Assembly: GCA_964106645.2 (NCBI GenBank)
Contig: OZ067039.1
Origin: Podarcis pityusensis
Lineage: Eukaryota
Reading direction: 5' to 3' (one strand)
Length of the DNA stretch: 64,000 nt
The number at the start of each line of letters is the position of its first letter. The first letter of the stretch is position 1. The notes beneath the pieces are model-generated. The model was not told the DNA's origin, did no database searches, and was given only the letters and a program-made list of their open reading frames with translations. Shown here piece by piece: positions 48,160-64,000 of this stretch. The position numbers and the translations under genes are program-made.

Positions 48160-51100
48160 GGGATTTAAGCAGCTTCAGCCTTTATTGGCAAAGACATACA
48201 ACTAAGGATTAGAGGAAGCACACCAAGGTAAATCACGAATTAATGATGTCACTTTGGGATATTTATATGTGGTGGAAATACAATTACATCATCCCACATA
48301 ACACTGGTGCACTTCTGAGCTAATGGGTATATTCTACCAATATAAAAGTTGGCATTGTGACAATTTGAAAATTCTATTAAATCCAACTAGAAGAGGGTTT
48401 GCAGCTTCCCACGTAATGTCAGAAGTACTACCCTCATAATAGAGCAGGCCAATAGAAGAGTTAGTAAAGACTTAATAATATTAAGTTTCAACTTCTACGG
48501 GTTATATCATGGATCTAGTGCATAAAGCCAAATTTGTGTACTGTATAGTCAAAACACACTTTCCCAAGGTGAGTGCAGTGGCAGGTGACATTGCCAAGGT
48601 TCCCCCTGCCCCTCAGACACTCACCCCCTTTAAATTTTTTTCTGGATAAGCACGTAAAGCTGAATTCACAAAAGTTAAATGTGTTTAAACTGTGAGTTGA
48701 TTGTTTTTTGTTTGTTTTTTTGAATTCTACAGTAAGAGAGGCTCTTCAGCCTGGTTGAATTTTCTGGCCACTCAGACCTGTGCCAGAAATATACAAAACA
48801 TTCAGTTATGGGGTGAAAAACTGGGCAGAAACATGGAAACTGGAGTCACAAGAATTTTTTAGTTGACAAAAAAATTATACATAAAATGAGAAAAATCTCA
48901 TTTGAGCAAGGTGCAAGCAGCTGCTTCAACACTAGGTACACTGCAGTTCCACCATTGGAAACATTACGGCACATTTACAAATATACAAATCCAGGATTAA
49001 CGAACAGGAGGCAATACTAGAAGCACTTGTACAAAAGACAAATTTCATTTCAAGAGGCAGTCAGGTCAAGTAGCTTAAACTTCACTGGATGAATGAAGAG
49101 TTCACAAGCCTTCAGTTGAGAAGCACAAGCCAGGACTCTGCCTGCCATCTGTGCACATTTCTTGCCCATTTTAAAAACCAATTGCTTCCCAAATAGAACC
49201 CTCTGGCTTTCCCCGTTGCAGGATAGGGAAAGTTGAAACTGAGGCACGAGAGGGAACGCTTGTAATAAAATCATTAAAATGCAAAGAACTAGCTGATTGC
49301 TTCCAGAGACCTGCTCGAGTTCCACACTATTAAAAAGACGAATTGAGGAATGCATTTGCAAGTTTACTATCATTTTTTTTTTTGAACTAGCTATCCTAGA
49401 AGAGTGCAGGGGTGTCCCTAGCAACTGGATTCAAGGATTAGGAGAGCAGCTTTCACTTAGGTATGTGCTGCCTCCAAGTTAAAAAAAAAGCCTGCACAAT
49501 AATGCCCCAGCAAGTTCTATGACAAATCTCCAAGAACTGCAAGCACTGCAACATGTGAAACAGAGGCCAGGGATAGAAAGAAAAACGAGATGGGACGGGA
49601 TATCAGTGAAGTTTAAGTTACTGAGCAATCTCACAAATACACTTTCAGAAATTCACCCCACTATACTCAGTGTCACTGTCAACTGCTGTCAAAGAAAGCG
49701 TCTCCTTATCCCAGAACACGGGTGTCCATCCTCTGTCACATATATCTTCTTCAGTCATCCCACCACTGTATCTACCATCACCAAAGCAATACAGGATATG
49801 AGGCACAGTTCAACCCAGTTGTCTGGCTACCAATCCTGATGCTGCTCGAGTTCCTTTGGGATCTGCTCTGAAGAAAGCTGGGGCTGGGGCTCAGTTCACT
49901 TGTCTCTTCTTCCTCAGCACGCTGCCTGCTGGCAATCATTTCCCTGGGCAAACTCTATTCATGTTGACTCTGCAGAATATTCCTGGTGACTATTTTTTCA
50001 TCCCCAGCACTTCCCACTTTTCCAGAAGTTGCTCTCATCAGCTGAAGCAGTATCCCCTTTTCCCCATAACCTAGCTGCCTTTGGGAAAACAGGCTTGCTT
50101 CCACTTCACATCCTCTTCACTTACAATTAAAAAGCTATGGCTTCACTAACTCAAATTCATTCAGCAAACCCCAGATTCTATTTCCAGGGACCGAACAGAT
50201 TTGGGTCTAATGAGAATTATTTAAGACAGCAACTCCACTAAGCATGCAGCAAAAGCTACGAGCTTCCACTGGCCATGCATGGAGGGCTCTATTTTATTAA
50301 TTCCTCTATGCTTTGCTATGTTTACTGCTCCTTTTGTAAACCAAAGTGGTGGATGCGGCATAGAACTCCCTTAAGACAGAAAGTTTAAATCACCATTATG
50401 TATGTACAAATGCCATTCTGACCCCCAATAGCACAGGATACAACATAACGTGTGCCATATAAAAATGACCAAGTGCACACTGGTCTCCGCCAGCCTTTGG
50501 CCTATGGACAGATGGAATTCAGTTTCCTTCCTTGCTCTCTCCTGCCTCCTGCAGCTGAAGTAATGCAATAGCAGTGTCACAAAGTAACAGCTGAACAACA
50601 GGGTAACAGATTCATTGCACTGCGGCATCTTCTTAAAAAATAAAGACATGCTTCTCCAACAGTATTTCTTATGATAGGGACTGCTCCCTAGATGGCTGGC
50701 AGGTCCCCACAAAGTCAGAGGCTGCCTTTGCTCCAAGCATCACATCCAGCACACAGTGCCATGGCAACTATGGCAAAAAGGGTTTGTGGGTTTCCTTAAG
50801 ATTCCTAGATGAAAATGCTTACACTTAGTCATTATGGGCTACTCACAGGTTCACTAGTCTACTTCTTGGTCACCATGCAGTCTTGAAAAGGTGAATAGCT
50901 GATCTCTTGAACACCGGTGACTGGAAATATACAGCAGTATAACCCCCTTGGATTGAGTTTTAACTCTTCCCTCTTCATCAGCTGGTTTTAAACCATTGTA
51001 TCTTTTAATCCCATTTTAACATCTTAAACCCGATCCTTTATTTATTATTATTATTTATTATTAGCTAGTCCTTTATGATGGCCCCTAGTTAGATCCCCTT

Positions 51101-51412
51101 CTCAAGAGTGTTGCAGTTTAAGATTGCTCCCCTTTCTCAGCCCAGGTCCGAGTCCCACCCCACCCCATTCCACCAACGATGGCCTCTGAGTAGAGACCTT
51201 TTCCTTCCGCTAGTGAGATACCCTGGTTTTTGTTTAAATTGGTCACGGAGGCCCACCCTCCCCCCCAACTTTGTAAATTTCAGGAGATGGGGAGTGAAGT
51301 CATTTTATGTCCCACAATGCTCTTCCCGTCCTCCCTAACCCCCCATTAACAGGGATTTGTAACACTGGGTTGTGGACGAGTTCCCAGTATTCCTCCCAGC
51401 GCACACAGGAAC
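48160..51412 (-). other. TNPO2: TNPO2 terminal 3'UTR exon (about 3.2 kb)
   Basis: Acceptor ttttttctcag|GTTCCTG at 51412, joined from a donor at 51977 (22 nt after the stop). A minus-strand AATAAA lies at 48181-48186, and I see no obvious TEs inside. Confidence 0.65.
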
Positions 51413-51998
51413 CTGAGAAAAAAAGACAGTCGGTATTAAATAAAAGTAACCAGCAGAGCGCATTAGAGCCTGACTCCCCCTTTCACAGCATGTTGCTCAT
51501 GCTATCTACTAGTATGTCTGCAGGATACACAGCCACAACTAACTTGGGCAGACTGATTGCTGTACTGGCAAATTCGGGTCAAAGCCGGAGTAGGGTGGAC
51601 TTTGACCTCTTCCGCTACATTAATTCATAAGCAAATATTAATACGGAAGGCCAGAACCTCAAATATCAGGATAAGAGGAATTGTGGCTGGGGAATGTGGG
51701 CTTTCCTGCACTGCCATCTCCTGACACATCCCACAAGGGTAGTAGATTGCTTCCTATATGGGATATTTGATCTCCACATTCACATTCTCAAGAGCCTCTG
51801 CTCAGTATCACTGAAGCACAGATTCTGCATCACTGAGAGGACAACTGACTACAAGCTGGCCTACATCTTTCCATCTCAATTAGCTCCAACATTCAATTCA
51901 TTCTTCCTACTTTGGTCACTCCATTCCCTTCTTAGGGCTTTTCTCCCTCTCCCATCTCACCGAATATGGGACTTACCGAGTACGGTTTCACTGTTTGC

Positions 51999-62209
<10,211 letters not shown>

Positions 62210-62281
62210 CTGGGTAAGAGAAGATCAGTTATGACCAGTTATGATCATGCTGTAGTCCCAGCCACTGTCAGGATCATAAAG

Positions 62282-62378
62282 TGAGCCCAGAATCCTTCAG
62301 AACTGAAAAACACTCAACATGTAGCTTCAGGATTCGAATGTCTTGTATTTTCATTGGTCATCACTGTTTCTGGGCTCA
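62282..62378 (-). ncRNA. Intronic box C/D snoRNA hosted by TNPO2; predicted guide for 18S rRNA 2'-O-methylation
   Basis: Minus strand: tgagcccagaa-aca-GTGATGA(C, 62364-62358)-ccaatgaaaatacaAGACATTCGAATc-CTGA(D', 62330-62327)-agctac-ATGTTGA(C')-gtgtttttcagtt-CTGA(D, 62300-62297)-agga-ttctgggctca. It has a perfect 11-bp terminal inverted repeat, lies on the host strand, and its D box is about 87 nt upstream of the 3' splice site. Confidence 0.85.
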
Positions 62379-63516
62379 GTGTGCAGATACTGTCAGACCA
62401 GGACTACTACTATAATTCCATAGAACCAGACTTCTAAGTGTTTCCCAACCACTCTGACCAGGGTATTATTTCAGAGAAAAATAATTTTGTCTGGATAAGC
62501 AGAAAGGACTTGGCCTTGATAAATAGCAGCATTTATACCAAATAAGAAAAAGTAGAAACAGCATCAGTAGGAAAAACAACATGCTTGACAAGTAAGACTA
62601 TTAAGTATGTGTGCTTGACGTTTCTTTGCCTTTTAAGAATAATTATTTGTGCAGAAGCAGCACAAGACTAGTATTTTACCTCATTGGCATTTGCAGACTT
62701 ACAGTTGCATAATAGCAAAGGAACTTGTAACCACTTCTACCTGCATGACACTAAAGTAACTTTTTGTAGTGTCACAGCATCATAGAAATCACTGGTTTAC
62801 CTTATTTTAAGTTAAGGCTCACACCACAACACTACTTTATTCTGTAGTCAATAATACAAAGTAGGAAAAAATGGAAAATCTGTCTCGTAACAGTTCCACC
62901 AAGTAGCAGTTCTCCCTAATCATATATGGAACTACAATGCTGCCTTGTATGAAGTCAGACCACTGGGTTCACCTAACCGAATACTGTCTGCTCTTCCCAA
63001 GACCCCAGAGAGCTACCAACTTTGTTTTAATTGGCCTCGCCACCAGATATCCTTTAATTTGAGATTTCCAAGATTGAGTGTGGGATTGTTTGCATAGAAA
63101 GAATGCTCTTCTGCTGAGCTGTATTCCTGACTTTCCTCCAAGGGGCAAAAGGCAGCCTATATGGTTCTTCCCTCTCCATTTTATTTTCACAAAAACTCTC
63201 AAAGAGTGGCCAGGTTCATCCAGTGAGCTTTGGCGGCTGAGTGAGGATATGAACCCCAGTCCCTCACTTTATCAACTACAGGACACTGTCCTTTCATTAT
63301 GCTCTTCCTGTCAGTAATAATTTTAATTTATAAAATGACCCAATTTATATACTGATTGATTGTAAAAAAAAACCCCAAAACTTTAAATATAAAGTAGTAC
63401 ACACACAGCCTCAATATCAGTGAAATAAACATTTCTGGGCTTCCCTTCTCTAGACCTTTCACCTGCAATATCTTAGCACCAAGGAAACAGGTTTGACAGT
63501 CAATTAGATTCTTATA

Positions 63517-63785
63517 CAGTGGTGCCCCGCAAGACGAATGCCTCACAAGACGAAAAACTCGCTAGACGAAAGAGTTTTCCGTTTTTTGAGTCGTTCCGCA
63601 AGACGAATTTCCCTATGGGCTTGCTTCGCAAGACGAAACGTCTTGCGAGTTTGTTTCCTTTTTCTTAAAGCTGCTAAGCCGTTAATAGCCGCTAAGCCGC
63701 TAATAGCCGTGCTTCGCAAGACGAAAAAACCGCAAGATGAAGAGATTCGCGGAACGGATTAATTTCGTCTTGCGAGGCACCACTG
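63517..63785. mobile_element. Tc1/mariner-like MITE (same family as 29636-29955)
   Basis: TIRs CAGTGGTGCCCCGCAAGAC / GTCTTGCGAGGCACCACTG, TA TSD. Confidence 0.85.
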
Positions 63786-64000
63786 TACTAATTCTTGGAA
63801 TAGGAGACCTTTTTTGCTTCAGGTCTCTGAATGTACCACCAATCAAGGTTTATCAAGGAGGGGGATTACATGTGGTGTACATGTAGTTAAACTACAGTGG
63901 GTTTTGTTCATCACACTAATGAAGGAAAAACATTCACGTATTTGGACTGCCCTGCATTCAATAATTAGTTTATGCTGACAGTATTTCACACCAATCAGAA

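Noticed and set aside
63819-63914. Second C/D-like pair (GTGATGA...CTGA, minus strand) with a 10-nt complement to a remembered 28S segment (CUCUGAAUGU)
   Set aside because: It has no terminal stem and no clear C'/D', the duplex starts only at -3, and it lies in the same intron as the much better candidate. It is compatible with chance.

Overview
Vertebrate genomic DNA, almost certainly a squamate and probably a lacertid lizard (Sauria-type SINEs, CR1, L1/Tx1, Tc1/mariner-like and hAT MITEs). It is homologous to parts of human 19p13. I assembled five protein-coding genes by hand from GT-AG splice sites: intronless IER2 (+, 4253-5017), WDR83OS/Asterix (-, 4 exons, 106 aa), WDR83 (+, 9 coding exons, 316 aa), FBXW9 (-, 10 coding exons, 466 aa) and the 3' part of TNPO2 (-, 10 coding exons plus a 3'UTR exon). 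The strongest signal outside the ORF track is a box C/D snoRNA in a TNPO2 intron (62282-62378, -). It has C, D', C' and D boxes and an 11-bp terminal stem. Its 12-nt D' guide is complementary to an 18S rRNA segment and predicts a 2'-O-methyl-C (about C346 in human numbering), a site I do not recall in the standard human list. Also noted: an orphan CpG island (about 17.0-17.9 kb) rich in NF-kB/ETS/E-box motifs; upstream SRE and RCGTG clusters near IER2; no DHPS/GNG14 or MAN2B1 where human has them; a predicted overlapping uORF in FBXW9; and several nested transposon insertions with intact target-site duplications. Gene identities and rRNA comparisons rest on remembered sequences, not on searches.
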